Assembly (NCBI GenBank): GCA_963705165.1
Contig: CAVPJD010000033.1
Location: forward strand, 28,114-92,113
Direction of reading: 5' to 3'
DNA: 64,000 nucleotides
Source of the DNA: an uncultured delta proteobacterium
GTDB taxonomy: Bacteria; Desulfobacterota; Syntrophia; Syntrophales; UBA2192
A program made the position numbers and the translations under genes. The notes beneath the pieces are model-generated. The model saw only the letters and a list, made by a program, of their open reading frames with translations. It ran no database searches and was not told the origin of the DNA. Positions 32,534 through 42,012 of this stretch are shown here, one piece after another; the first letter of the stretch is position 1; each line of letters begins with the position of its first letter.

Positions 32534-32995
32534 TTAGTAGGCGTCGTCTTTGTCGGCGATTTTCCGGTAGAGTTCCTCTACGTTCTTGGCCGACATGAGG
32601 TCGCTTCGGAATTCCGGGTCCTTGAGCATGCGCGAAATCTTTGCCAGAGCCTTGAGGTGCTGACCCGTCGAACTCTCCGGCGCCATTAGCAGGAAAAAGA
32701 TGTGGACGGGCTTTCCGTCAATGGCTTCGAAGTCGATCCCCTCCCGGCTGCGCCCGAAGGAAATGACCAGGCCCTCCAGGCCCTTGAGCTTTCCGTGCGG
32801 AATGGCGATGCCGTCGCCGATCCCCGTGCTGCCCAGTCTTTCACGATCCAGCAGGACATCGACCATCGCCTCGCTCTGAATGCCCTCGTGATCACGGGTG
32901 AAGATTTCCGACAATTCCGCCAGGACGGCACGCTTGGATTTCGCCTTCAGCGCCTCTATGATGTATTCCCTCTTGAACATGTCGGTAATCTGCAT
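32534..32995 (-). CDS. ptsN: PTS IIA(Ntr)-like protein
   Basis: RERLGSTGIGDGIAIPHGK; located in the rpoN operon. Confidence 0.92.
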   Translation of the reverse strand: MQITDMFKREYIIEALKAKSKRAVLAELSEIFTRDHEGIQSEAMVDVLLDRERLGSTGIGDGIAIPHGKLKGLEGLVISFGRSREGIDFEAIDGKPVHIFFLLMAPESSTGQHLKALAKISRMLKDPEFRSDLMSAKNVEELYRKIADKDDAY

Positions 32996-33010
32996 GGGGG
33001 GTCCCTCCGC

Positions 33011-33550
33011 TCAGCTGTTGGCCTCTAGCAGGGCGAAGTTCCCGTCATCCCGGCGGTAGATGACGCTGATGTTCTCCGAGTGGGCATCCCGGTAGATGAC
33101 GAAACGGTTCCGGGATGACTCCATTTCGAGAATGGCCTCATCCAGGGACATGGGCTTCAGGACAACCCTGCGGGTTTCGACGACCCTCAGCTTCAATTCC
33201 TCTTCGAAAGGGACCGGCGCCTCACGAAGTCCGCCCATATCCTCGGACCGGTTCGCATTGGCCTTGTGTTCCCGGCTCTTTTCCTTGTGCTTCTTGATCT
33301 GGCGCTCGATCTTGTCGATGACGTTGTCGATGGCCAGCTGCATGTCCTTGGCCTCTTCCTTGCCGACCAGGCTGATGCCTTTTGCCATGATGTTGATCTC
33401 GGCCACATACCTGAATTTCTCAACGGAGAGGACGACGTGGGCATCTACGGGCTTGTCGATGTATTTCTGGATTCTGCTCAGCCGTTCCGTCACATAATCC
33501 TTGAACCAACTTTCCGACCCCGTATTCCGAAAGGTCACGGAAACCTGCAT
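33011..33550 (-). CDS. hpf: Ribosome hibernation promoting factor, long form (RaiA/HPF)
   Basis: MQVSVTFRN, AIDNVIDKIERQIKKHKEK, C-terminal KPMSLDEA...VIYRRDDG. Confidence 0.93.
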   Translation of the reverse strand: MQVSVTFRNTGSESWFKDYVTERLSRIQKYIDKPVDAHVVLSVEKFRYVAEINIMAKGISLVGKEEAKDMQLAIDNVIDKIERQIKKHKEKSREHKANANRSEDMGGLREAPVPFEEELKLRVVETRRVVLKPMSLDEAILEMESSRNRFVIYRDAHSENISVIYRRDDGNFALLEANS

Positions 33551-33778
33551 ACTTCGTTGCCTCCTCATCCTTCTGTAGGTTGTGTTTGCCCCCGACCCTC
33601 ATCCCGGCGTCGCTGCAAGATTGACGCCCCGGAAGGGGCAAGACGACCGGCGTGATTCTGTCACGCGGTGAATCACGCAGCGGCCCTCCATCAAATAACG
33701 GTGGCCGCCGCGAAAAAGGCTGCCGGTTCCATCTGAAAAAGAAGCTCTGCTCTTAAGCCAGATGCAGAAAATTGTCAA

Positions 33779-35239
33779 TTAATTTTTGGCTTTCAGGATA
33801 TATTTCTTTCTCTTCGACGACGGGAGGATCCCCATCATCTCCCGGTACTTGGCGACGGTGCGCCTGGCGATGGAGATGCCCTGCCTGCTCAGGATGTCGA
33901 CGATTTCGCTGTCGCTCAGGGGCTTGCGGGTGTCCTCGCCGCTGATGATTTTCCGGATCTCCTCCTGGACGCTCTTCGACGCGATGGCATCGCCGCTGGT
34001 CTTGTTGATGCTGCTGTTGAAGAAATACTTCAGCTCGAAGATCCCCCGGGGCGTGTGCATGTACTTGTTGGTCGTCACACGGCTGATGGTGGACTCGTGC
34101 ATCTCCACGTCATCGGCGACGTCGCGCAGCACCAGGGGCTTCAGAAATTGGATCCCCTGGTCGAAAAACTCCCTTTGGAATTTGACGATGCTCTCGGTGA
34201 CCCGGAAGATGGTTCTCTGGCGCTGCTGGATGCTCTTGATGAGCCAGGTGGCCGACTGGAGGCGCTCCTTGATGTATTTCTTGCACTCATCGGCACTCGT
34301 CGCCCCTTCCGACGCGCCCCCCAGGATCTCCCGGTAGAAGTTGCTGATCCTCAGCCTCGGCAGGCCTTCGTCGTTGAGGATGATCTTGTACTCGTCGCTG
34401 ACCTTGAAGACGAACACATCGGGGATGATGTACTGGGGCCCCTCATCGCTGTAGACCAGTCCCGGCTTCGGGTCCATCCGGCTGATGAGAAAAATGGCGT
34501 CCAGAATGTCCGTCAGCGGAACTTTCAGCTTCTTGGCAATGTTGTTGTAATTCTTGGTCTCCAGGTCGTGGATGTGATCCCGGATGATGGTTTCGATCAG
34601 TGGGTTTTTAACCCCGAGGACCTTGGCCTGAGCCATCAGGCATTCCTTCAGGTCCCTGGAGGCGATTCCCGGAGGGTCGAATTCCTGGATCTTTGCCAGC
34701 ACTTTTTCGACGACCTCGGGGCTGACCTTCTCCGGTTCGGCGATCTCCTCGACGGTGGCCGCAAGGTAACCGCTCGAATCGAGGTTTCCGATGATCTGTT
34801 CTCCGATTTTCCGTTCAGCTTCCGACAGCCTGGAGAGGCCCAACTGCCACATGAGGTGGTCCGTGAGGGTCGTTTTCCTGGAGAGCATGTTCTCCCAGGA
34901 GGGTCCCTCGTCCTCCTCGCGCTCGTAGGTCACCCTCATGGGACCGTAATCCTCGAGGTAGCTGTCCCAGTCGAAGTCCTCCTTGCCGTCGCCTTCGCCC
35001 GTTACCTCACCGGTGCGCTCCGCCGTCTTGACCTCGCCGACTTCAGGGGCCGGCGCCCCTTCTTCGCCGAATTCCTCGGTGGCCGGCTCCTCGAGCAGGG
35101 GGTTCTCCTCCATCTCCTGCTGGATCATGTCGACGAGCTCGATCCGGGAGAGCTGCAGAAGCTTGATCGCCTGCTGCAGCTGAGGCGTCATGATCAGCTG
35201 CTGGCTCAGTTTGAGGCTTTGTTTAAGTTCAAACGTCAT
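33779..35239 (-). CDS. rpoN: RNA polymerase sigma-54 factor
   Basis: MTPQLQQAIKLLQL, HESTISR, RpoN box ARRTVAKYRE. Confidence 0.98.
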   Translation of the reverse strand: MTFELKQSLKLSQQLIMTPQLQQAIKLLQLSRIELVDMIQQEMEENPLLEEPATEEFGEEGAPAPEVGEVKTAERTGEVTGEGDGKEDFDWDSYLEDYGPMRVTYEREEDEGPSWENMLSRKTTLTDHLMWQLGLSRLSEAERKIGEQIIGNLDSSGYLAATVEEIAEPEKVSPEVVEKVLAKIQEFDPPGIASRDLKECLMAQAKVLGVKNPLIETIIRDHIHDLETKNYNNIAKKLKVPLTDILDAIFLISRMDPKPGLVYSDEGPQYIIPDVFVFKVSDEYKIILNDEGLPRLRISNFYREILGGASEGATSADECKKYIKERLQSATWLIKSIQQRQRTIFRVTESIVKFQREFFDQGIQFLKPLVLRDVADDVEMHESTISRVTTNKYMHTPRGIFELKYFFNSSINKTSGDAIASKSVQEEIRKIISGEDTRKPLSDSEIVDILSRQGISIARRTVAKYREMMGILPSSKRKKYILKAKN

Positions 35240-35268
35240 GGATTCCTGGATTCCTGCCCGCTATGATT

Positions 35269-35991
35269 CTATAATCGAAAATCATCCCCAAGGTAGAACT
35301 TCCGGGCGATTTTACTCTCTGCGATCATCTCCGGCAACCCCTCGATCAGTACGGTCCCCTCGTTGAGGATGTAGGCCCGATCACAAACCGACAGGGTCTC
35401 CCTCACGTTGTGATCGGAGATGACCACCCCGATGCCTTTGGACTTGAGCTTCTGTATGATCTTCTGGATATCGGCCACGGCCAGCGGGTCGATCCCGGCG
35501 AAGGGCTCGTCGAGAAGGATGAACCGCGGCGAAGTCACCAGAGCCCGGGTGATCTCCACCCGCCTTCTCTCCCCTCCCGAAAGGGAGTATGCCTTGTTGC
35601 GTGCCAGATCGGTGAGATCGAGCTCGCCGAGCAACTGCTTGAGCCTATTCTTCCTCTCCTCGCCTTCGATGTCAAGCGTTTCGAGGATGGCCAGGATATT
35701 TTCCTCTACGGTCAGCTTCCTGAATACGGAGGGTTCCTGGGGCAGGTAGTTGATCCCCTTGCGAGCCCTCACGAACATGGGGTCCCGGGTGATCTCCTCG
35801 GAGTCGAGGAAAATCCGTCCGCCGTCGGGCTTGATGAGGCCGACGATCATGTAGAAGGTTGTCGTCTTTCCGGCACCGTTGGGACCCAGGAGGCCCACAA
35901 CTTCCCCGGGGCGTATCTCCAGATCCACGCCGCTGACGACCTTCCGTCCCCCGTACATCTTTGTCAATGCCCTGGCTTCGAGTATTTCCAT
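35269..35991 (-). CDS. lptB: LPS export ABC transporter ATPase
   Basis: GPNGAGKTT, YLPQEPSVFRKL, LSGGERRRVEI, DEPFAGIDP, DHNVRETL. Confidence 0.97.
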   Translation of the reverse strand: MEILEARALTKMYGGRKVVSGVDLEIRPGEVVGLLGPNGAGKTTTFYMIVGLIKPDGGRIFLDSEEITRDPMFVRARKGINYLPQEPSVFRKLTVEENILAILETLDIEGEERKNRLKQLLGELDLTDLARNKAYSLSGGERRRVEITRALVTSPRFILLDEPFAGIDPLAVADIQKIIQKLKSKGIGVVISDHNVRETLSVCDRAYILNEGTVLIEGLPEMIAESKIARKFYLGDDFRL

Positions 35992-36029
35992 TCCCTGCGC
36001 AGACCCGGTTGCCCGGGCCCCTTTAGCTG

Positions 36030-36596
36030 CTACTCCTTTTTCTTTTTCCCCTTCGACTCGTCGGGGTAGATGGTTGCCGTGACCCGTTTGCCCGTGGTTC
36101 CCTCGACAACACCTCGGTTTTCATCGAGGAGCACCACGACCCGGTCACCCGTGATGACATTGTTGCCTTCCCGCATGACGGGATTTCCCGTCACGACAAT
36201 CCGCTGCTCGTCGCTGTGGAATACGGCCTGTTCCCCCGTCACGATGCGCTCTTTTTCGGTGATGCGCACATTCCCCTTCGCCACGATCCTGTCGACATCC
36301 CCGGCCTTTGCGGCATTGCCTGCAGCCTGCCCCGTCCCTTCGGCTTTCTTCTTGAAATAAAGCTCCAGGGTATCGCTCTTGATCACGCGCTCGCCCTGGG
36401 TGGCCACGACGTTCCCTGAAAACTGCACCAGGTCCTTCTCCTTGTAGGCATCGAGACGGTCGGAGACGATCTCGATGGGCTTGCTCTCCCCGCCTTTAAG
36501 CAACTTCGAACGGTTGTCCTGCCCCCAGAGGGGCCCCTGCGCCGCCAGGAGGACCATCGCGGCCAGGATCAGGATCGGGATGAATCGCTTTTGCAT
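36030..36596 (-). CDS. lptA: LPS transport periplasmic protein
   Basis: Signal peptide, PIEIVSD, FSGNVVATQG, jellyroll beta repeats; synteny. Confidence 0.9.
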   Translation of the reverse strand: MQKRFIPILILAAMVLLAAQGPLWGQDNRSKLLKGGESKPIEIVSDRLDAYKEKDLVQFSGNVVATQGERVIKSDTLELYFKKKAEGTGQAAGNAAKAGDVDRIVAKGNVRITEKERIVTGEQAVFHSDEQRIVVTGNPVMREGNNVITGDRVVVLLDENRGVVEGTTGKRVTATIYPDESKGKKKKE

Positions 36597-36624
36597 GTCT
36601 CGGGTTCCTTCCGGCCGCTGCGGG

Positions 36625-37212
36625 TCAGTGGATCTGGGCCCGAATGCCGCCGGTCATCGTCACGTGCTCCGATTTCAGCAGGAGGGTCATCCCCTTCCCC
36701 TTCACCTCGAATCGCGGGTTTGAAAGAGTGACGGGATCCTCCGTATGGATCTTCTTCTCGGCGTCGGAGTATTTCAGGCGATCCGTCGTGAACCGGTCGC
36801 CCCGGTTCGACAGGATCACCACGTTGCCCTCGATCTCTGCGTCCTTCAAGTCCGTCCGGAGATGGCCCCGGTCGGCCATCAGTTCATAGGTCTTGCCATC
36901 GGGCAGGATGAGCTTCATGCGCACCCGGTCGAACCGTGCCTGGTTCTCCTTCTTCAGGAAGGTTGCCGAGTCGGCGTTGATCTCGAGCCGATTCCCCGAG
37001 TCGCCCACCTCCGTGTAGTGTACATCCCTGATAAAGAGATCGACCTTGTCGTCGATGATCTTCAGTCCCGGCAGCTTTTCCTCCGCCCGCTGCCCTCCCC
37101 AGTACAGCCCTGCAACAACGAGGGCGAGCGTCAGGAGCGCAGCCGCCGCAAGAACGATTTTACCAGCGGGCTTTCCTGCGAGTTTTCGAAAATATTCAAG
37201 CCACTTAGACAT
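36625..37212 (-). CDS. lptC: LPS export periplasmic protein
   Basis: Single TM helix then beta-jellyroll (GNVVI...TDRLKY...TEDPV...GKGM); between kdsC and lptA. Confidence 0.85.
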   Translation of the reverse strand: MSKWLEYFRKLAGKPAGKIVLAAAALLTLALVVAGLYWGGQRAEEKLPGLKIIDDKVDLFIRDVHYTEVGDSGNRLEINADSATFLKKENQARFDRVRMKLILPDGKTYELMADRGHLRTDLKDAEIEGNVVILSNRGDRFTTDRLKYSDAEKKIHTEDPVTLSNPRFEVKGKGMTLLLKSEHVTMTGGIRAQIH

Positions 37213-37325
37213 GATTCCATCGCAGGGGTGAACCATACCATCCGGTGTCCGCGTTGTAAAGCCAAAAACGGGGCGCATCCCGCGCAGGAAGAGAAGTTAA
37301 GAAGGTGAAAAGTTTGCTTCTTCCT

Positions 37326-37871
37326 TCACGCCCGGTACCGGCCCATCAATTCCTCCCACTTCCCCTGGGTTTGGAGGATCATCTCGCAGACTTCCCGGAC
37401 AGCGCCCCGGCCCCCCGGGTTCTTCGTCACGAGATCCACGGCCCTCAGGACCTCGTCGTGGGCATCGCTTACGGTGATGGAGAGCCCGGAACGCCGGAGC
37501 ACGGGCAGATCGACGATGTCATCTCCCATGCAGGCAACCTGTTCGGGGACGAGCCCCTCCGCAGCCAGGATTTCGTTGAAAACGGAGAGCTTGTCCAGGG
37601 CGCCCTGGTATACCTTTTTGATGCCGAGTTCGCGGGCACGGTGATCCACAACCCGTGATTTGCGGCCCGTGAGGAGGATCACCTCGATCCCGGCGCGTTG
37701 GATCAGCTTGAGGCCGTGCCCGTCGCGGACGTTGAAACACTTGGTCTCCTGCCCGTCGTCGCTGATGATGATCCGGCCGTCGGTGAGCACCCCGTCCACG
37801 TCGAGAATGAGGACCTTTACCTTACGGATCTTCTCAATCAGGTCTGCCCCTGTCTTTCCCTCGAGTCCCAT
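37326..37871 (-). CDS. kdsC: KDO 8-phosphate phosphatase
   Basis: LDVDGVLTDG, FNVRDG, MGDDIVD, GGRGAVRE. Confidence 0.95.
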   Translation of the reverse strand: MGLEGKTGADLIEKIRKVKVLILDVDGVLTDGRIIISDDGQETKCFNVRDGHGLKLIQRAGIEVILLTGRKSRVVDHRARELGIKKVYQGALDKLSVFNEILAAEGLVPEQVACMGDDIVDLPVLRRSGLSITVSDAHDEVLRAVDLVTKNPGGRGAVREVCEMILQTQGKWEELMGRYRA

Positions 37872-37873
37872 CC

Positions 37874-38716
37874 TCAACCCTTCTTCATGGTTTTTTTTAC
37901 CAGTCCGTCGATCCCCTTGAGCATCGTGAGCAGCTCCCTCATCGAGTCGAGCGCCATCGAGTTCGGCCCGTCACAGCGAGCCCGGTCCGGATCCGGGTGG
38001 ACTTCCATGAACAGCGCATCGACGCCGACCGCCGCGGCCGCACGGGCCAGATAGACGGCCATGGCACGCTCCCCGCCCGAGGCCTCCCCAGCCCCGCCGG
38101 GAAGCTGCACGCTGTGGGTGGCATCAAAGACGACGGGGTAGCCCATCCTGCGCAGGATCGGAATCGACCGCATGTCGGAGACGAGGTTGTTGTACCCGAA
38201 GCTGGCCCCCCGCTCGGTGATGAGGATGTTGCGGTTTCCTGCGGACAGGACCTTCTGGACGACGTTCTCCACGTCCCAGGGTGCGAGGAACTGGCCTTTC
38301 TTGATGTTTACGACTTTCGCGTGCCGGGCCAGTTCCAGAACAAAATCGGTCTGGCGGCACAGAAAGGCCGGAATCTGGGCCACATCCAGAACCTCCGAGG
38401 CCGTTTCGATCTCCTCGAAGCGATGAACGTCGGAAAGCACGGGAATGCCGAAATCCTCCCGGATCGCCTTCAAGATCTTCAACCCTTTCTCGAGGCCCGG
38501 GCCCCGGAAGGACCGGACGGAGGTGCGGTTGGCCTTGTCGTAGGAGGACTTGAAGATAAAGGGGATGCCCAGCTCCGCCGTGAGCGCTTTCAGGTCGGCG
38601 GCTACCTTCCGGGCAAGTCTCTCGCTCTCGATGACGCACGGCCCGGCAATGAGCACAAAGGGCTCCCCGCCACCGATCTTGATGTTGCCGACGCTTATCT
38701 TTCTCATAGCAGTCAT
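37874..38716 (-). CDS. kdsA: KDO 8-phosphate synthase
   Basis: AGPCVIE, KSSYDKANRTS, QIPAFLCRQT, KKGQF, DATHSVQ, CDG. Confidence 0.97.
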   Translation of the reverse strand: MTAMRKISVGNIKIGGGEPFVLIAGPCVIESERLARKVAADLKALTAELGIPFIFKSSYDKANRTSVRSFRGPGLEKGLKILKAIREDFGIPVLSDVHRFEEIETASEVLDVAQIPAFLCRQTDFVLELARHAKVVNIKKGQFLAPWDVENVVQKVLSAGNRNILITERGASFGYNNLVSDMRSIPILRRMGYPVVFDATHSVQLPGGAGEASGGERAMAVYLARAAAAVGVDALFMEVHPDPDRARCDGPNSMALDSMRELLTMLKGIDGLVKKTMKKG

Positions 38717-38743
38717 CTTCTCTTATCTTCCTCGTGCGTGACT

Positions 38744-38836
38744 CCAGGTACTAGGTGTCAGGTACCAGGTATCAGGTGAATGAGGGGAATCCTGTTACCT
38801 GTTACCTGTTACCTGTTACCTGTTACCTGTTACCTA
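38744..38836. repeat. Inverted heptamer arrays including (CCTGTTA)6
   Basis: ccaggta ctaggtg tcaggta ccaggta tcaggtg; six perfect cctgtta at 38791-38832 ending at the TPR gene stop codon. Confidence 0.9.
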
Positions 38837-40846
38837 GTCCTTGTGTTTATCCTCGAGCATCCTGATCCTGAGCTGCGGGATCTTCTCCGCGGCCTTTGAC
38901 TCGGGGTTGATCTGATAGGCGGCCTTATACGCCTCGATGGCTTCCCTGTACATCTTTTTTTTCTCGTAGGCCTCGCCCAGACCCAGCCAGGCGCCCTCAT
39001 CTTCCTTGTTATACCGGACGGCCAGCTTGAAGTTCTCGATGGCCTTGTCCGTCTGCCCCTTGAGGCTGTGTATGTAGCCCATGTTGGCATAGGCCATCCC
39101 CCGCTTGGGGTCGGCGGCGGCCAGCTGACGGTACGTCTTGAGTGCCCCGTCGTAGTTTTTCGCCTTCATCTGCTGAGCGCCCATTCGCTCCAGGGCCTCT
39201 GTCTGGGCCTTTCCCGATTTTCCGCCTTTCTCGACGGCCTTCGCCGCTTCCTTCGAGCGACCCTGTTTCTCATAGATGGCGGCAAGGTTGACTTGGATGT
39301 TGGGGTCGTTGAGGCCCATCTGGAGGGCCTTCTTGTAGTTCTCCTCCGCCTCGGGATATTGCTTCAGTTCCCCGTAGGCAACACCCAGGTCTGCGTAAAC
39401 CCGGGGGTTCTTCGGGGCCGCCTTTTTGATCCGGTTGAGGGCGACGATGGCCTCCTTGTAACGCTTCTCGCGGAAATAATATTCCGCGACTCTAGCCGCC
39501 GCATCGGTGTCGTCGGGCTTGAGCTGCAGTGTTTTCTCGTACTCGGCAAGGGCTTCCTTGTGACGCTTCGCCTTGTCATAGGCCACCCCCAGGTTGTAGT
39601 GGAGGATGGGGTCTTTGGGCTGCAGCTCCAGGGCCTTTTTGTAATTCTCGATCTCCTCCTTCACCTGCCCCTTCTTGCCGTGGGCCTGGGCGATGCTGGC
39701 GTAGGCGTTCGGGTCCTTTGGATTTTTCTTCAAAAGCATCGAATAGAGCCGCGCGGCTTCCTGCTGCTTGCCGGCCTTGCTGTAGGCGTCGGCCAATGCC
39801 TGGGCGATCCGCTGGTCATTGGGCATCCGCCTGTGTGCCTCTTCATACTCCTTGACGGCCGGCGCGAGCTTTCCCGACTTCTCATAGGCCCCGCCAAGGC
39901 TGAAGTGGACCATCGCATCATCGGGCTTGAGCCTCAGCGACATCTGATAGTGTGTGACGGCTTCATTCCACTTGCCCATCTTGCCGTACAGGAACCCGGC
40001 GATGGCGTGGGCGCCAGCATCCTTCGGGTTGAGCTCGGTGATGTGCTTCGTGAGCGGCAGGGCCTTGTTGTAATCCTTCTTCTCGACATAGCATCGGGAA
40101 AGTCCGGCCAGGGCCGTCATGTCATCGGGCTTGCGAGCCAGCACCGCCCGGTACTGGGCGCTGGCCTGATCGATCTTGCCCGATTCGAGGTACTGCTCGG
40201 CAAGAGTTTTCCGCAGGGCCGTGTCATCGGGGTTTAGGCTGAGAGCCTTCTCGAGGGCCTGCGCCTGCCATTTCGCATTCGCAGGTATCTTCGCGAAGCG
40301 CAGCCAGTCCTGGGCGGTCAGCTCGATACGGACCGGGATGGTCCCGATCCCCTGGTCGCCGTACCGGATCTTGATGGCGGAATCCGGAAGGGGCTTGCCG
40401 CGCAGGGCCTCCCTCACGGAAGTGCTCATCGCCTGGTCCACGAGTTCCACGGCCTTGAGAAGAATCTTGAGGTCGCTTGCCCCGCCAAGCCCCTCCGCGT
40501 CGACGGTGATGTTCTTTTCGAACAGGGAATCCGTGGAAACCTGCTTGATGATGAATTCGTCGCGGTAGGTGATCTTGAAGACGTCGATGGCCGTGAGTCG
40601 CTCATCGGTTCCGTTTCTCTCGATGATGAGGTAATGGAACTCCGGCGTCTTGCCCAGGATGCTGACCCGGACGAGCCCCTTCAAGCCCTTGAAGGAGAAT
40701 ATCTCCCCGTAGAAGGCAATCAGCAGACCCGCCCCGACGATGACGGCGACTCCTGCCAGGGCCCCGATGAGAAGGATGAGATGGCGCCCCATCCTCCCTT
40801 TTTGCTTTCTCTGCCCTCTCCGTTCTTCCTTCTTGTAATAATCCAT
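38834..40846 (-). CDS. Membrane-anchored multi-TPR protein
   Basis: One TM helix, a unique domain, then more than 10 TPR repeats; the ORF-track extension to 40975 runs through a repeat element. Confidence 0.85.
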   Translation of the reverse strand: MDYYKKEERRGQRKQKGRMGRHLILLIGALAGVAVIVGAGLLIAFYGEIFSFKGLKGLVRVSILGKTPEFHYLIIERNGTDERLTAIDVFKITYRDEFIIKQVSTDSLFEKNITVDAEGLGGASDLKILLKAVELVDQAMSTSVREALRGKPLPDSAIKIRYGDQGIGTIPVRIELTAQDWLRFAKIPANAKWQAQALEKALSLNPDDTALRKTLAEQYLESGKIDQASAQYRAVLARKPDDMTALAGLSRCYVEKKDYNKALPLTKHITELNPKDAGAHAIAGFLYGKMGKWNEAVTHYQMSLRLKPDDAMVHFSLGGAYEKSGKLAPAVKEYEEAHRRMPNDQRIAQALADAYSKAGKQQEAARLYSMLLKKNPKDPNAYASIAQAHGKKGQVKEEIENYKKALELQPKDPILHYNLGVAYDKAKRHKEALAEYEKTLQLKPDDTDAAARVAEYYFREKRYKEAIVALNRIKKAAPKNPRVYADLGVAYGELKQYPEAEENYKKALQMGLNDPNIQVNLAAIYEKQGRSKEAAKAVEKGGKSGKAQTEALERMGAQQMKAKNYDGALKTYRQLAAADPKRGMAYANMGYIHSLKGQTDKAIENFKLAVRYNKEDEGAWLGLGEAYEKKKMYREAIEAYKAAYQINPESKAAEKIPQLRIRMLEDKHKD

Positions 40847-40910
40847 AGGTTCGTGTTTACCGTCTTGCCGTGCTTTAATGGATTGAATGAGCTTTGTGTT
40901 TATGGTTTTT

Positions 40911-41002
40911 GGGCTTAGGGCATAGGGCTTTGGCTTAAGGCTTAGAGGAAGAAATCCAAGATCTTTATTTGCCATTAGCCTCTAAGCCTTAAGCCTTTCG
41001 CC
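40911..41002. repeat. Inverted heptamer arrays (GGCTTAA family) with a perfect 17-bp inverted repeat
   Basis: ggcttaaggcttagagg (40932-40948) / cctctaagccttaagcc (40979-40995). Confidence 0.85.
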
Positions 41003-41006
41003 GGTT

Positions 41007-41912
41007 TCATCCCCTCGGGTGAAACTTCCTATGTATCTCCTTCAGCCTGTCCCGCGTCACGTGGGTGTAAATCTGTGTCGTCGCAATATCCGCATGTCCC
41101 AGCATGACCTGGACCGAACGAAGATCCGCGCCCCCCTCCAGCAGATGTGTGGCAAAGGAATGCCTGAAGGTGTGCGGATGGACCTTCCGTTCAAGATTGG
41201 CCATTCTCGCATATTTCTTGATCAGTTTCCATAGCCCCTGACGGGTGAATCCCTCGCCGGAGCGGTTCAGGAAGAGAACGCTTGACGTCCTCTTTTTCAG
41301 AAAAGCGGGCCGTGCCTTCTCGATGTAGCGCCCCAGACACTGCAGGGCAGAGCAACCTACGGGCACGATCCGCTCCTTGCCCCCCTTTCCCACGGTGACG
41401 AGAAACCCCATCTGCCGGTTCACGCGGTTGAGGGTGAGCGTTGCCAGCTCCGAGACCCGTATCCCCGTGGCATAGAGAAGCTCCAGGATCGCGCGATCCC
41501 GGATGCCCGCCGGGGTCGCGTCGGCGGGCTGACCGAGAAGTGTCTCCATCTCTTCACGGCTGAGCGTGCCGGGAAGCCGCATCCAGGTGCGGGCAATCTG
41601 CACCCGAGCCAGGGGATTCTCCTCCAGCCGCGCCTCGCGAAGGAGATACTTGTAGAACCCCCGGATCGCGGCCAGCTTCCGGTTCATGGACGTCGAGGAG
41701 AGGCCCTGGTCACGAAGCTCCCCGAGAAATGCCGTCACGTTTTCGGGCTTCACGGCGAGCGGCGACGAAACGCCACCAGCTGTCGCGAAGTCCAGAAACT
41801 GGTGGATGTCGCGGCTGTATGCATCGAGTGTGTTGAGCGAAGCCCCCCTCTCGACGGCAAGAAAATTGAGGTACTCATCGACCAGTGAATTTTCCCGGAT
41901 GGCTGCCGGCAT
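41007..41912 (-). CDS. xerD: Site-specific tyrosine recombinase XerD
   Basis: LYATGIRVSEL, GKGGKER, HTFRHSFATHLL, DLRSVQVMLGH, TQIYTHV, C-terminal FHPRG. Confidence 0.95.
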   Translation of the reverse strand: MPAAIRENSLVDEYLNFLAVERGASLNTLDAYSRDIHQFLDFATAGGVSSPLAVKPENVTAFLGELRDQGLSSTSMNRKLAAIRGFYKYLLREARLEENPLARVQIARTWMRLPGTLSREEMETLLGQPADATPAGIRDRAILELLYATGIRVSELATLTLNRVNRQMGFLVTVGKGGKERIVPVGCSALQCLGRYIEKARPAFLKKRTSSVLFLNRSGEGFTRQGLWKLIKKYARMANLERKVHPHTFRHSFATHLLEGGADLRSVQVMLGHADIATTQIYTHVTRDRLKEIHRKFHPRG

Positions 41913-42012
41913 TTGCGCTCCTGTCGGGTGCAACGCGCCCCGTGCGGTTGCCCCGCAGTTGGTCTTATCGCAAAGAGAGAAGGCAGGCAAAGATTTTTTT
42001 GACGTCGCCGGA

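Noticed and set aside
38744..38836. Repeat arrays as CRISPR
   Set aside because: Units are 7-9 bp with no unique spacers, and there are no cas genes.
40847..40975. ORF-track N-terminal extensions of the TPR gene, comEC (52302), the hydratase (2551) and ridA (4161)
   Set aside because: They run through repeat elements, promoters or neighbouring genes; downstream starts fit the RBS or protein family better.
41007..41912. Tyrosine recombinase as a prophage or island integrase
   Set aside because: It has XerD length and signatures (C-terminal HPR); no att repeats, tRNA or phage genes were seen.
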